From positions 62,310,001 to 62,374,000 of the forward strand of contig CM059430.1 in NCBI GenBank assembly GCA_030390025.1: 64,000 bases of DNA. Direction: 5' to 3'. The stretch's first letter is position 1, and each line of letters starts with the position of its first letter. This document shows, one piece after another, positions 12,966-26,847 of this stretch. The notes beneath the pieces are model-generated. The model made no database searches, was not told the origin of the DNA, and worked only from the letters and a program-made list of their open reading frames with translations. A program made the translations under genes and the position numbers. The stretch comes from Squalus acanthias (taxonomy: Eukaryota).

Positions 12966-15900
12966 ATATGTCGGTAAAATAATGGTCAACAATAGAAGTG
13001 TGGAAATATTCCACAAAATGATGTAACCTTCTTCACAAAGGTTTACGATCTTGTCGTAGCTCATCTTATCACAAATCACTGGCTCTGATTATATTTTTTA
13101 AGTCTGCATCAGCCATTTTTTATTAAAAGTTAACATATATTTTATAAACTACAGTCAATCTCCCACAGTGCTGCACAAGGCGATTCAAACTGGCGTGTAG
13201 TCCTCAGGTGAAGCAGAGTTGGAGGCTAGGTAACATTTGGACCAGTGCATGCATACGCAGCTCGATACCCATTTAATGTCATATACATTCTGTCCTGTAA
13301 ATTCCGATATTCATTTTTATAATGAAAATTTCCCATACTAAACTCGTCAGGCTGCAATCACGCCCATCTGCCAGTGGCGGTGCTGCAACACCTCTAATGC
13401 TGGGTGGGCGCAATTACCGCTTGACAAACTTACAGAAGCAATTTCCATTATAAATAGTGAAGTTGACAAGAAGTGTGCACTGATATCATATATGGTACCG
13501 AGGGAATTCTCCCTTAATTGAACTCCCATCTTTAAGGTTAACTAAGGAACAGTCTGCCAGTTTAGGTAGAAGAAAAATTCCCCTTGGTATTTTTGAAGAA
13601 GAACGCACCGTTCACCCAGTTTCCCAGTCAGCAATCCTTCCCAAATTAACATTCAGTATGCTGTCATTCAACGCACTTGCTGTTTGTGCGACCTTGTGTT
13701 CACATTGGCTCCTGCGTTTGCCGATATAACAGTGTTGGCATTTAAGAAAAATTCCATTGGCTGTGGACCGCTTTGTGAGATCCCAAGAAAGTGATGATGT
13801 GAAATGTAAATTAAAGTTACTTCTTTCAAATCTTAATGACAGCTCATTTCACATGCTATCAGATTCAACAATGAAATATAACGTATTTCTCATTTTAGCA
13901 CTAACTCTTTCTGTGTTATTGAACATATGACGCCACATTTAATATCTGCCCACCGCTAAATTATATCAACATTTGTTTCTGTGTCTACTTATACTCCACA
14001 CATGAAGTGCACAACCGAAGCGTAATCAGATTTTGAATATTTCTGATTTTAGTATAACGGAACTTCAAAACTCTATTTCCTCATTTAAAAAATCTGTTAG
14101 GGTGAATTATGCATTGATCCCAGTGAATGGTGTGAGGGCTAAGCAGAGGGACGATTTCCTGCTTTACGTCTGTAGTTGTGCGCTGTGTGCTATGCATAAC
14201 AAAATTCCGTTCATAACGGATTGGTTTGCTATTTCGTTTATATAATACAGAGACAAATTTATGATGTCAGCACGATCCAGAGCAAAGCAGACATGAGTTC
14301 ATCAGATGGCTCAGCCTCAACCTAAGTAGAAGCTGACATGTAGACCAGTAAGGTTTTTTTCACTCCCATATTAATTATCCTGTGGTTTATCTCAGTGAGA
14401 GTGACAATTGGTTCCAAACTGGGCCATTTTGTTCATGATTTATACCCAGCAGGAACAGACCAAACTTGTTTCGGACGTTTACTTTTAGGATCAAAGTGAC
14501 CACCGCCATTGAATTGAAATCCCACAGAGGTGCACGTTGTCATTGAACGGAATTGCAAGGAAGTTCGCGAGAGTTCTTGAAGCACTGTTTTAATTGTTTC
14601 CTGAAATTTCTAATTGAACTAACAATTAAATAACCCTGCTTTTGTATCGACCAATGCAGGGGATATAAATAAATCACCTTGTTTCAAGCACACAGCACAG
14701 TAACATAATTCATTAAATATGTGCATGTATCATCTGTAGTTACATAAATCACCAACTGGTTCAAAACTGGTGCTTAAGAACGTGTTCAAAACTTCATACT
14801 TTACGTTGCTTTAATGCTCCATGCAGAAAAATTGCAGCTATGGTTGAAGTATTCAATGAGACAAATAAGGCCTTATTTACATTTATGTTGCCATGATTGC
14901 TCAGCAATGCCTCTTCCGTCGATGGACTGTGGGGGTTGTTGGATGATTGTACGAAACACACGATCTGGCGTGTTCTGAGAAGGGCTGTTTTCAGTGAACT
15001 CAGAAAGGAGCAGCTGTAGGTACATGCTCGAAATTCTCTGCACAGACTATTAAAAGCAGTCACAATGGTGCATGTTAGGAGCTGTCAGTTCATGCCTTTT
15101 TGAGCTTGTTTTCCGCTGACAGAGTGATATCGCTGGAAAGCCCTTGCACTGTAAATTTGGGCTTCTCATAGAGGTGCAAGCCTTCATCCCAAAAAGTTCT
15201 CAAAGTCTGTTGAAAAGATATAAAATCTATTGTATCAATTGAGTTAAATATTTTCTTGTAAATTCTGTAATTATGATGTTACAAGCCTTGTTTCCGGTGG
15301 TAAGCCTCAGCTTAATGGTAAAACTAGAAACAAATTATTTTCAAAAAGTCGAGTAATTTGGTTTAGTCCTCTTTATTTAATGAGTATATTTTACTGACTG
15401 ATCGAGCATTATTGCTTTAATATCTTCTGAGTACTTCACCATCGGTGCTGTTTCTACCCTCCTTCGACATGTTTGATTTGTGCGTTCTCTACCTTATCAG
15501 TAATAATTTGTCGCTTTTTAAAAATGAGAACCTACTTTAAACACATGTAAGTGTTATACATCGATACAATCTTCGAGATAGCGTATGTTGGCATTCTCCT
15601 AACAGAATGGTTGGTTTTAAATTCCCATAGTCATTAAAATCGACAGTCTCAGAATCCGTGAAATTCTGGAATTGACCAAATCTCTCGTGTTTCTGTCAGT
15701 GCTGAGTCCAGATCAACCATGATTTAATTAAATGGCCGAACAGGCCCGAGGGGCTCAATGGCCTGCTCCTGTTCCAATGTTCCTATGTTCTTACTTGTTC
15801 CAAATCTTGAGTATGTGGGTAAACGGGTGTTCTCAAATGTGAGAAATAAAGTTCCAAGGGCTATGTTGCACCTCACCATCAACTGTAGAAAGAGTTATTG

Positions 15901-16459
15901 AAAAGACGATGTAAATTAGAAATCAGTTGACTGAACTATATTTGCAACATTAATAGGTAACTGTCTACATTCTGCGATGCTGGTTATGGATACAGAGATG
16001 AAAACACAATGAATATAGGCTGTTACTATGCTTCACGCCTTATTCTACGTAAAGTGATTTAAAGAAAACGAAATAAAGACAGGGGAAGAAAGATGAATTT
16101 AAGAGAGAGATAAAAGAGTCAAAAGAAAAAGTTGAAAAAGATAATTTAAAAAAAATCTCCGACAATAATTAAATTCTAAAGGAATTAGACTCCACATTAG
16201 TAAAATTAAACTTTCAGTGCCAGAGAGGTTGTTCGGCATAGTTAAGGTTAATCATGTCGTTAAAGATTCACTAACACTTGAATGCACCAGCCCTAATCTT
16301 TTAGGGTTGTTTAGTGGGTAACTAATGGGTAAGTATCGCAACTTCAAGCCCTTCATATGTAATTAATCACAGTAACTAACTACTCATTTATTTAACATCA
16401 AGCTAAAATTCACATATTTAATAAACCGTGACTTCAAGTGACCAATTAGTTAAATAAAT

Positions 16460-19170
16460 AAACTACAGGTAACTAACAAATAAATAAGTTAATTAATATT
16501 GACATGGCAGTGCAGGCAGTGTTTCGGCATTTTAGTAAGTGAGGGTTTGTGGACAACGTGATTGTCCCAGGCTGCCGTATCTGCTAGAAATGTCTCTGCT
16601 TCGAGATACTCCGGCTCAGAGTTTTTGTACTGGAGTCCAATCTAGTGACACTCTGACACATAAGGGAGGAGGAGGAATTATTCGCTAATTTACACCAGAG
16701 CACAGTCACACACCAGAGGAAAGTAGAGGTGCAGGAAGGGGAGTGTTTAACTATCAGACAGCCGGGTAAGGGGAACGTCGGAGAAGGTTGTGAAGGAGGT
16801 CCAGTAGACATTGCTCTTATCCAACAGGTACAAAGAACTGGATCCCTGTGAGGATAAGCGGAAAGACTGTGGACGGACAGCCAGAATGCAGAAGGATGTC
16901 CGTGGGTGTAGGTATTGAGTAGAGAGGTTGTAGTTATGGCGGATTCAATAATTATGGGGACAGATAGTATTATTTGCAGTCAGGATCGAGCATCCCGAAG
17001 GTTCTGTTGTCTAGCCGGTGTTAGGGTAAGGGACATCTCGAAACGGCTGGAAGATAATCTGAAAAGGGAGGAGGAGGATCCAATTGTTGTGCTCCATGTC
17101 GGAACCAACAATATAGGAAAGAATGGGGAAGAGGTCCTGCTAAAGGAGTTAGGCGCTAACTTGAAAAGCGGGAACTCGCGTGTAATAATCTCGGTATTAT
17201 TACCGAGCAACGTGCAAATTGGCATAGAGGCAAACAGTTTAGGAAAGTTATTAGGATGGGCTGCACCTGAACCGGGCTGGGAAATACGTCCCAACGCAAA
17301 GGATAATTAGGATGTAAATAAGACTTTAAACTAATAACATGGGGGAGGGGGGTGGTGTTGATGTACAGTTAGAAATTACAGAACCCTAACGATAAAATAA
17401 TCTAGAAAAGAGAGTAAAGGACAAGCTGAACGAAGGAATAAGGATAACACGAATAGTCAGAGACTGGATAAAGTCATAGAGCATAAAGGTAAAGTAACTA
17501 CTAAAACGATGAGAGAGGAATAATAAATAAAAACAATTTATACTGTTTGTTCAGCAATTCACGTAGTATTCTAACAAAGTAGTTGAATTGGAGGCAATAA
17601 TTTGTGGAGAGAATCCGGATATAGTAGGGGTGACAGAAACATGGTTGGATAGAGAACAGGATTGGCAACTAAATATGGCAGGATATAACACATTTAGGAA
17701 GAAAAGGGAAGGAGGGGAGGTGGAATAGCTGTACTAGTTAAAGATAACATTATGGTTGTAGAACAATGATTGAAACTATCAGTTAGATAGTTACAGAATC
17801 CATATGGATTGAGTAAAAAAATAAGAAGGGATCTATCACCCGAATAGGGGTCTACTATAGACCACCAAATAGTGAAAGACAAATGGAGGAAGAAATACGT
17901 AGGCAAATCTACAAGGTGAGTAGCAGGCATAGAATAATAATCCTGCGAGATTTCAACTATCCCTAAATAAACTGGCAGAAAGTAATAGCGAAATGAGAAA
18001 AGGGTTTTTACAGTGTGAAAGAAGTCGACCTAAAACAGAATCACTACTGTATCTTATATTGGATAATGAACCAGAACAGATAGGAGGAGCAAGAGTAGGA
18101 GAGCATCATACTAAGAGTGATCACAACATAGATTAGGATGGACAGTGACACACGTAGGTTAAAGACTAAGGTAATAGATTGGAAAAGAGCCTATTATGAG
18201 GAAATGAGGGTGCAACTAAAGAAGGTAAACTGGGAGAAAATCTTGAAAAACAAAGAGAGAAAAACATTGCGACATCTTGAAAAGGGTAATCAATTGAGTC
18301 CAAGAGGAATGTATTCCATAAAAAAGCAAGAACAAGCAAGCTAATTATTGGGCACCATGAATGAATGAAGCACTAAAGGGAACAGTGAACCTAAAGAAAA
18401 AGACATATAAGAACTGCTTATGTACTGTGGTAGAGGAGGACAAAGGGGAATACAAAAAACTTAGGAGCGAAGATAAAAAAAGAAACATCCAGAAGGCAAA
18501 GTGAAATTACGAAATCAAATGATCAACCAATATACAAATAAGTAATAAAGTGTTCTATGGACACATAAATAACAAAAGGAAGATTAAAGTAGAGATAATG
18601 CCACTAAATGATGAGCAAGATAAACTCACAGGTAATGACAGAGTAATGACAGAAGCATTGACTAACTACTTCGCCTCAGTTTTTCTGAAGAAGATAACGA
18701 AATCTTTACTTCTTTAGAGGATGAGTGAAAAACGAATATTAATACAGTTGGGATGGAAAGGGAGAAAATAACTGACAAACTAGCAAAACTAAAAGAGGAT
18801 AAAACCCCTGTTCCAGATGGTGTGCACCCTCATGTACTCAAAGAAACTAGAGAGCAGATATTCGTGGCACTATAAATTCCTTGGAAGAGGGGATAGTGGC
18901 AGAGGACTGGCGGACAGTTAATGTTGTTCCTATATTCCAAAAGAGAGATACAACAAAATCTGGGAAATATAGACCGGTCAGCTTAACGTATTTGATAGGA
19001 AACATACTGGAAGCTATACGAAAAGAAGAGATAGAAGAAAACTTAGACACAGGACATTTAATAAAAAAAAGTCAGCATGGATTCTGAAAGGCTAAGTCAT
19101 GCTTAACTAACCTGGTAAAATACTTTGAAACGGTAATGGAAAAAGCTGACAAGGATAAGGCAGTAGGCAT
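16460..19170 (+). mobile_element. Degenerate CR1 LINE (ORF1 esterase, APE, partial RT)
   Basis: VVVMADSII...VLHVGTNNIG; VTETW; YRPP; WRTVNVVPIFQK...YRPVSLT...SQHGF. Confidence 0.85.
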
Positions 19171-19179
19171 CATATACCC

Positions 19180-20098
19180 AAGCAGTTGTATCAAACCTCT
19201 ACAAAAAAGTATAATAAGAAGAAAACCGGACGGACCACCCAGCATTGTCGTAGGCATTGGTATCAGACACGACAAAGCCCAGTCGACACTGCAAAGTCCT
19301 TCTCACTACCAACTGACTTGTGCCAAAATTGGGGGAACTGTCCAGCCGACTACTCTGACCTATCAGCTAACATCTCCCCGGCAGGAAAGACCCACCAGCC
19401 GGAGGGAGTGGCCCTGGGAGTCCTCAAAATTTACCTCACATGCCGTGGAAACCTACTGCTGATTACCGCCCTCAGCTGATGAATGTTGAACACTACTTGG
19501 AAGAAACACTGATGGCAAAGAATGTAATGGTTCGGGGCTTCAATCACCAAGAGTGGCTCGGTTGTACCACTACTGACGGAGCGGGCTGACGGATTGTGGC
19601 AGGTGGTGCGACAACAAACACGAAGGAAAAACCTACTTGACCTAGTAAAACTTGAAAAACCTCAGCATGACATTGGTAGGAGTGACCAACAATATCCCGC
19701 CTTCACACTGAGAACACGTGTTGTGCTAAATCAGATCAGATTAGATCAGAACAGATCTAGCAGCTCACAGCTGGGAATGATGGCAGAGCCCAACACGTGA
19801 GTAAAAAAGACAAGGCTAAAGGGTTTGCAACCATCCTCAGCCAGAGTGCCGAGTGGATGATCCATCTTGGACTCCTCCTGAGGTTCCCACCATCACATAT
19901 CTTCAGCCAATTCGACTCATTTCACGTGATATCAAGAAACGGCGGGGCGCACAGAATGCAGCAAAGGCTATGGACCCCCACAACATTCCAAATGTAGTGC
20001 TGAAGGCATGTGCTGCAGAATTAGCCGCGCCTCGAGCCAAGCTGTTCCAGTACAGTTACAACACTGGCATCTATCCGATAAGGTGGAAAATCGGGTAG
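19180..20098 (+). mobile_element. Fragments of a second non-LTR retrotransposon family
   Basis: KAMDPHNIPNVVLKACAAELAAPRAKLFQYSYNTGIYP; same family as 43490-44918. Confidence 0.75.
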
Positions 20099-22069
20099 AG
20101 TAAGCCACAGGACAGCTGTACAACCAAGGCAATGCATTAGGGCTAACATGCGATTTTTACTAATGAAAACAAAAGCTCTTTCAATAATGAACCATTTCTT
20201 TGTTTAACTGTGGAATTCGTTATCAAAGCCATTGGCACCTTTTGCCGTAAAAACGTGGCGGTCGGCGGGAATCATTGAATTTTTGAAAAGTATCAGTTTC
20301 TCCTGGGGTTTTCAAACCCAACATGGTTCATAGGTAATGATAATACACCGTCAGATTTCATTCTCACCAACTTTCGCTTCCAAGTGAAGTGGTTTCCGTT
20401 TGCCAGCCAGGCTAAACGTACAGCATGAATCCAAGTCACGGCCTGACCAGGAAGAATTACTCTCACAGGGATGGGTATCGGCGGCGCACTAAGTGTAGCT
20501 CAGTGGGAAATTATGTAAAAAAAAATAAAGTTCCCAGGGAATCCCTTGTGGTGTTCTTTATTTCTACATGTTGTACTGAGCTACATCAGCACGTGTGTTT
20601 CCCACTGAAACCAAATGGTTGGGGTCTGCAAAAACAGTCACATAATGTCGCGCAGTAGGGAGTCTTATTGGCACTGGTTTAAACGTGGCCAGTGCTTATA
20701 TCGAGTGTTATTAATATAAAATGAACATCCCACAGAGTCAGTTGCAATTCCTTTTTCACGTCGACTGATTATTCTAGCAAAATCAATTGCAGCGGGAAAT
20801 CCGGTTGTTTGTGTGGAATCAGAGGTCGCGAGTCTAATCTGTGTAAACCATTTTCTGAATATAACTGAAAGTCCAATTTTTCTGACTCAAACTTGCAACG
20901 ATAATCTGCGGCTAGAGAATCGACGAAATAAACTGCCTTCTGATTGCGGGTGTGGTGGTGAGAAAATAAAACGTTTTTACTGGGTTACATAGAGGTCACG
21001 CAAATAAGAAATAATCATGTTTGAGTCCGTTAAGTTGACTATCCATTCTTATTCATATCTTTTCTCTGATTATGTGTTAATTGTAAGATAAACCAAAACT
21101 ATGTAACTGCAGCAATGATTACCTTTACATTAAGCCACCTGAAAAATACTAATCTACAAATCTACCTGGACGGAGAGAGCCAAGATGTGCTCCTATTGAC
21201 ATCCGAAGTTGGATACTTTGTCAATAATTTTCCGCAGCCACGATACACTTGCCTTGTATGTGTAGGTCGGTATATTTGATTCTGCGCATATGTCTGCGCA
21301 TTGTCTTTTCACTCATCCTATGTATAATCATAGGCAATGTATTCTTTAAGGGGAATGCAAACATCTCGACACTGCAGAACTATCTTATATTCCTTCAATG
21401 TTGTAATCGGAAATACCTCTCATCGTATTACTGCCTCCCAGTCCCCTTTGTTATGATACCGATCTCCAGGTTGCATGCTGTCTGGGTGCAGGAATTCCGT
21501 ATGGAAGTGCCTCTCCAGTGACTTCACGAATGGGGATTTCTTGCCTCTGCTCAATGTCCCGATGTGATTGGAACGGCCCGCAAGACGACACATTAGAAAT
21601 TATTTGCAAATCTGCTCCTTCGTCACCTCCAAACTCCAGTTCTGTGATGTAAAACACTGCGATAGGAACAACTTGAATAAGCAACATTCCTCACAAAATG
21701 ATTAAAATTATGGAAAAATTGAATAAATTGTGCATTATTGGCCGAACTCTCTTGACATTTTGGACAATATGCAGAACCTACAATTTGTGAGTCCACGTGA
21801 TCAATGTTACAATAGTGTAGGATATGAAGAAATTGCAGTGCGTTTCAGAGATTTAACCAATTTAACTGTACTGAAATTTGTGAGTGGATATATAAAACAA
21901 AAATGCAGAAAATTCACTTAGGAAACCAATTAGAGCAATATATGAAATAGAATGAATAAAAGAGGGACAAATGCCTTAAAGCGAAGCACTTACCCATTCC
22001 CATCTGTATCGATAGTGAGCTTAGGAAAATTACAAATACTAATGTGAAGTTGAATTTCAGTTGAATATG

Positions 22070-24215
22070 AATCATAGAATCACAGAAATTTACGGTACAG
22101 AGGAGGCCATTCGGCTCATCATGTCTGTGCCGGCCGAAAAAGAGCTATCCAACCTAATCCCACGTCCAGCTCTTGGTCCGTAGCCCTGTAAGTCATGGCA
22201 AATCAAGTGCATATCCAAGTACTTTTTAATTGCGAAGTGTGTTTCTGCCTCTCGAATCCTTTCAGGCAGTGAGTTCCAGACCCCCACCAACCTCTGGCTG
22301 AAAAAAGTTCTCCTCAACTCCCCTATGATCCTTCTACCAATTACTTTAAATCTATGCCCCACTGGTTACTGACCTCATTGCTAAGGGAAATAGGTCCTTC
22401 CTATCCGCTCTATCTACACCGCTAATAATTTTATACACCTTAATGAAGTCTCCCCTCAGCCTTCTCTGTCCCAAAGAAAACAACCCCCGCCTAACCAATC
22501 TTCCGCATAGCTAAAATTCTCCAGTCCTGGCAACATCGTCGTAAATCTCCTCTGTACCCTCTCTAGCGCAATCACATCTTTCCTTTAATGTGGTGAGCCA
22601 ATTGTACGCAGTATTCTAGCTGTGGCCTAACTAATGTGTTGTACACTTCAAGCATAACCTCCCTGCTCTTATATTCTATGCCTCTGCTAATAATGTATCC
22701 TTCTTAACTACGTTATCTACCTGCCCCACTACATTCAGACATCTGTGGACATGCACTCCAATTTCCGTCTGTTCATCTACACTTCTCAGAACCCTACTAT
22801 TTATTGTTTATTCCCTTGCCTCACACTTCACCAGATTGAATTCCAATTGCCACTTTTCTGCCCACCTGACCAGTCGATTGATGTCTTCCTGCGCTACAGC
22901 TTTCTTCCTCATTGTCAACCACACGGCCAATTTTTGTATAATCTGCAAACTTCTTAATCATGCCCCCTACATTGAAGTCTAAATCAGTGCTGTATGCCAC
23001 AAAAAGCAAAGGACGTAGTACTGAGCCCTGTGCAACCCAATTGGAAACAGCTTTCTAGTCACAAAAACACCCGTCGACCATTACGTTTTACTTCCTGCCA
23101 CTGAGCCAATATTAGATCCAACTTGCCACTTTCTCTTAGATACCATGGGCTTTTACTTTTCAGACCACTCTGCCATGTGGGACCTTGTCAAATGCCTTGC
23201 TAAAATCCATGTAGACTACATCAAACGCGCTACCCTCATCAACCCTCCTTGTTACCACCAAAAAAAATCCAATCTCCTTTGTCACACACGACCTTCCCTT
23301 AAGAAATCCATGCTGACTCTCCTTGATTAATCTGTGTCTTTCTAAATGATGATTAACATTGGGCAGTATTTTCCGATCAGAGGCTTCCCGCTTGCGGAGG
23401 CCTCCGATCTCGGAAAAATCTACGCACTTACCTGAGGGCTTCCGAGTTCCTGACACTTCCGCTCCTGGGCCTCTCCAACTCGAAATGTGCAGGGCCCAGG
23501 TTTACCAGAGGCGCATGCGGTTCGCGAGCGTCCCTGGGATCACGTGGGTCATGGGGATCCAATCAAAGAAGGGAATCTCCCTTCATACACTTGACAGATA
23601 GACCTGTCAAATATATGAATGGAGATCACCCCAAAAACACTTTAAAACATTACATAAATATGAAAAAACTTCACATTTTTTAAATTATTTGAAATTAAAA
23701 TAAATTAAATATTTTAAACAAATATTTAATTTTTGAAAAAAGTAATTAAAGTTTTTTACGGGGCTAAAAATAACCGTACCTTTTTAAAAGTATTTTTAAA
23801 TGATAAATGAGTGAAAAAAAATTGTTTTTACTTTTTTCAAATCTTATGCTGGTAAAAGCAGGCCTTACACCTGCTTTTACCAGGCATAAGATTTCTAAAG
23901 GTTTTCTGGAAGCGGAGGTTTTTCAGAAAGCGGAACTATCCGCCGGCAGAGGCCCTTCTCCAGAGCAGGCGTCCGATCTCTCAAGAGCATTCTTGGCAGA
24001 TCGGAAATGCCGGTTTTCAGCGCATACGCTTGGCATGCCTGAAACCGGCATTTCCGATGTCCCTATGCGTGTGTACACAGCGCGTACATTCCCATAGGAA
24101 TAGGAATATCCGGCCCAGTGACTCTCAGCACATTTTCCAATAATTTTCCCACCACCGAGGTTAGGCTGTCTGGCCTATAATTACTCGGTCTATCCCTTTC
24201 TCCCTTTTTAAACAA
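22070..24215 (-). mobile_element. CR1 LINE 3' part (RT and tail)
   Basis: SQHGFLKGRSC...YMDFSKAFDKVPH and KFADYTK, CR1 tail near 22070-22360. Split by a MITE. Confidence 0.85.
23361..24116. mobile_element. Harbinger-type MITE family 2
   Basis: Ends gggcagtatttt...aatatccggccc. Interrupts CR1 RT. Homologous to 28164-30169 and 38344-39100. Confidence 0.75.
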
Positions 24216-24642
24216 CGGAACATTAAATGTTGCTATAATTACACTGAAATATGCGATGTGAAATAACTGCTGCTATTCAGCATTAGATACGTTTTCAGTA
24301 TGTTACAATTAAAAGAGTTAACTCAAGAACAAGACGTGTTAGTGTTTCGAGCTGAGCCACTGAACCACGTCCTTTATTACCTCGCATAAGCGATTCGCCC
24401 TGGTCAATATTTAGCAATATATCAGTGTAGCGAAAGCCAGAAGTTAAAAACCCCAGCTCATCGATTATACTTCATCAGAACTGATAAATCACCCACATGT
24501 TGACCTTTAATTACTGGACATAGATGTGCCACTCTTTCGGTTAATTAATTATCAAAATAATCTACACTACTTTGTCTCCATTTTGAAGCAACGCATTGAT
24601 ATTAGGTAAGATAATGGAATGTGAAGTAAACTGCAACATAAT

Positions 24643-25380
24643 GGCCCAGAAATTAAAGACGAAGCCTTCCTGCGGGGGTAAGGCTTCCCCGCGATATCTC
24701 ACTGCGCGCCTGCCTTTTCATTCCGAGCTCGCACGAACTTGAGTTTCTAGACAGCAGCTGTGCAGTACTTCCGTATCTCACAGACGCAGTTAATTCGTGC
24801 GAGCTGTGGGATCACGTGATTCAGTTAGAGCCAATGGCAGCACACCATCTTTCATTCATAGTTTTCAGAGCAAGGGCTGTGAAAGCTATGAATATAAACC
24901 CCCCCAAAAGAACAGCTAAACCTCAATTAATTTTTTTTTAAAAACCATCACATTAATAAAATAAGTATAGTTAAATAAATTAACCACTTTAAATAAAAAA
25001 TTAAATTTTTGAAATTTTTTAAATCTTTTTAAAAGTTATAAAAATAAACTTACCTTTCTTTAAAGTCTCTAAAAAAGATATACCTGTTGAAAAAAATTCA
25101 AATTAATACTTAATTAACTGCTTACCTTGTTAACTGCTTACACCTCCTTTCTTTATGTGCAAAATCTTCCATGCTTACCTGCGCGTTCAAAGCACTAAGT
25201 GCACTGCGTGCGCGCAGCCTGTAGCGCGCACGCGGTTCACTTAGGAACCGCCCCCTTTTGAAATCACCAAGTGCCGGTTTTCAGCGCATGCGCAGTGCAT
25301 GCAGAAAACCGGCAATTGGAGACAGAATACGCGAGAGTACACAGTGCGTACTCTCGCGTAGCAAGACTAATTTTTGGGCC
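24643..25380. mobile_element. Harbinger-type MITE family 1, complete
   Basis: TIRs ggcccagaaatt...aatttttgggcc with an exact 3-bp TSD aat on both sides. Confidence 0.85.
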
Positions 25381-26028
25381 AATGACAGGTAAACAGTTGC
25401 ACATTTACTTGCAATATTTGGGCCCTGTGTCATTCGGGATAAAACTGCGACGTTCTTGTAGAAACCTGAGCTAATCAAGGCAAATCAGCACGGATTTCGA
25501 AAAGGCAAATCGTGCTGGACTTACCTTCTAGAATTCTTTGAAGAAACAGCAGTGAAAAATAGATAAATGCAATGCAGCAGATGTCGTTTGCATGGATTTT
25601 GTTTTAAATGACAAGGTGATACCAGAGGATAATGAGTCTTGGAAGCAGAATACATGGGAACTTTCAAAACTCTATCGCAACTTGAAAAGGAGCAAATTGC
25701 AGGGCTTAGGGGAAAGAGAGCGAGAGTGGGACTAATTTGATAGATCTTTCAAAATGCCAGACAGGCACAATGGGCCGCATGCTGAAAAATTCTATGATTC
25801 TACTTGGCCACATGGGTATACAGATGTTTGGAAGACATAAAACAACTGGTAGCTACTTTCAGTAGGTTGACGGTTAAGTCCATAAACTGGAGCATCACCC
25901 GTTTCATATCAGGAGCGTCACCTGGACTGGAAGTCAGAATGCAGTAAATCAACGCAGAGGTTTTGCAGATTTACTCGCCAAAAATGAGCACGAATCGTTG
26001 AATTGTAAGAGAACGTACATAATCTATT

Positions 26029-26034
26029 TTTATT
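26029..26034 (-). terminator. Candidate polyadenylation signal of gene A
   Basis: AATAAA on the minus strand ~340 nt after the stop. Similar tttatt motifs occur at the homologous position near 47185. Confidence 0.5.
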
Positions 26035-26370
26035 AAATTCATGTATGATGATTATTAGGTACAACAAGTCTGTTAGCGTATCATTGTAATCGAAAGAGTA
26101 GAGATTTGGCAACAGTTGAAAAGAACAGATTTAATATTAAAGTATGTCAGGAAAGTTATATTTTTCTTTAAAACAGTTAAAAGAAAAATCATCAAATGAT
26201 TGAACAGTAACTAATAACTATACATTGCATTCTCTAATATATCACTGGAATGGGATTCGTCTCGGTGCGATGGTATCGCATGGGAGGCAGACGCTTGGAG
26301 TTGATATGGCAGCGGAATGGAATCAGTGCACACCAAAGAATTGACTTCTCCATCTATAATGTTAGCTAAT

Positions 26371-26538
26371 TTACTCTTCCTTCTGTGTAGACAACTCTGT
26401 TACACCTCTTTGTTTTTTGGTCTGCAGCTGGGCATACTCTGTGCTTCTTTCATTATTTTTGCATTTCCCCGTTTTCTCTGAGCCAGTCAATGCTATAGTC
26501 GCGTACGTCAGCTTGTCACGGGCTGCCCCTTGTTTGGT
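26371..26538 (-). CDS. Gene A exon 7, ITIM plus ITSM and stop
   Basis: TKQGAARDKLTYATIALTGSEKTGKCKNNERSTEYAQLQTKKQRGVTELSTQKEE*; acceptor ctttacag. Confidence 0.85.
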   Translation of the reverse strand, partial: TKQGAARDKLTYATIALTGSEKTGKCKNNERSTEYAQLQTKKQRGVTELSTQKEE

Positions 26539-26745
26539 CTGTAAAGCCAATGTTTGGGAAGTTGTTAATTGGCCGTTTTGTAAATTCTGTGGCCTGCTGC
26601 TGAAAGCAATCATCAGAAGGACATACAAATAGCCTTAGATACAACACACGGTCAAAGTCAGCACAAACATATGCCCCCCGCTAACGCATGAATGTTGATA
26701 TTACACTGGTGACCCATGTTTCTCTGATCTGTTACTCAGTCCTAC

Positions 26746-26847
26746 CTGAGCGTATACGGTTCCCTCCTCTTCACGTTTACGTCTTGGAGTTTTCCTGGCT
26801 CTGCTCAAATCTAATGCAGCATAATGCACGGTCTCAGCCGCTGCTCC
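26746..26847 (-). CDS. Gene A exon 6, ITIM plus ITSM-like motif
   Basis: GAAAETVHYAALDLSRARKTPRRKREEEGTVYAQ; 102 nt, catgcag|...cag|gtagga. Confidence 0.85.

Larger units (their letters stand above)
11471..25800. repeat. Older diverged copy of the receptor-array upstream/intergenic unit
   Basis: Collinear unique anchors shared with later units: 11480~36655, 12510~52420, 13100~40150, 14390~40885, 15560~42805, 21660~59040, 24350~61290, 25420~45160. Confidence 0.85.

Noticed and set aside
21249-21687. Short ORFs in apparently unique sequence
   Set aside because: No recognisable domain or convincing splice pattern.
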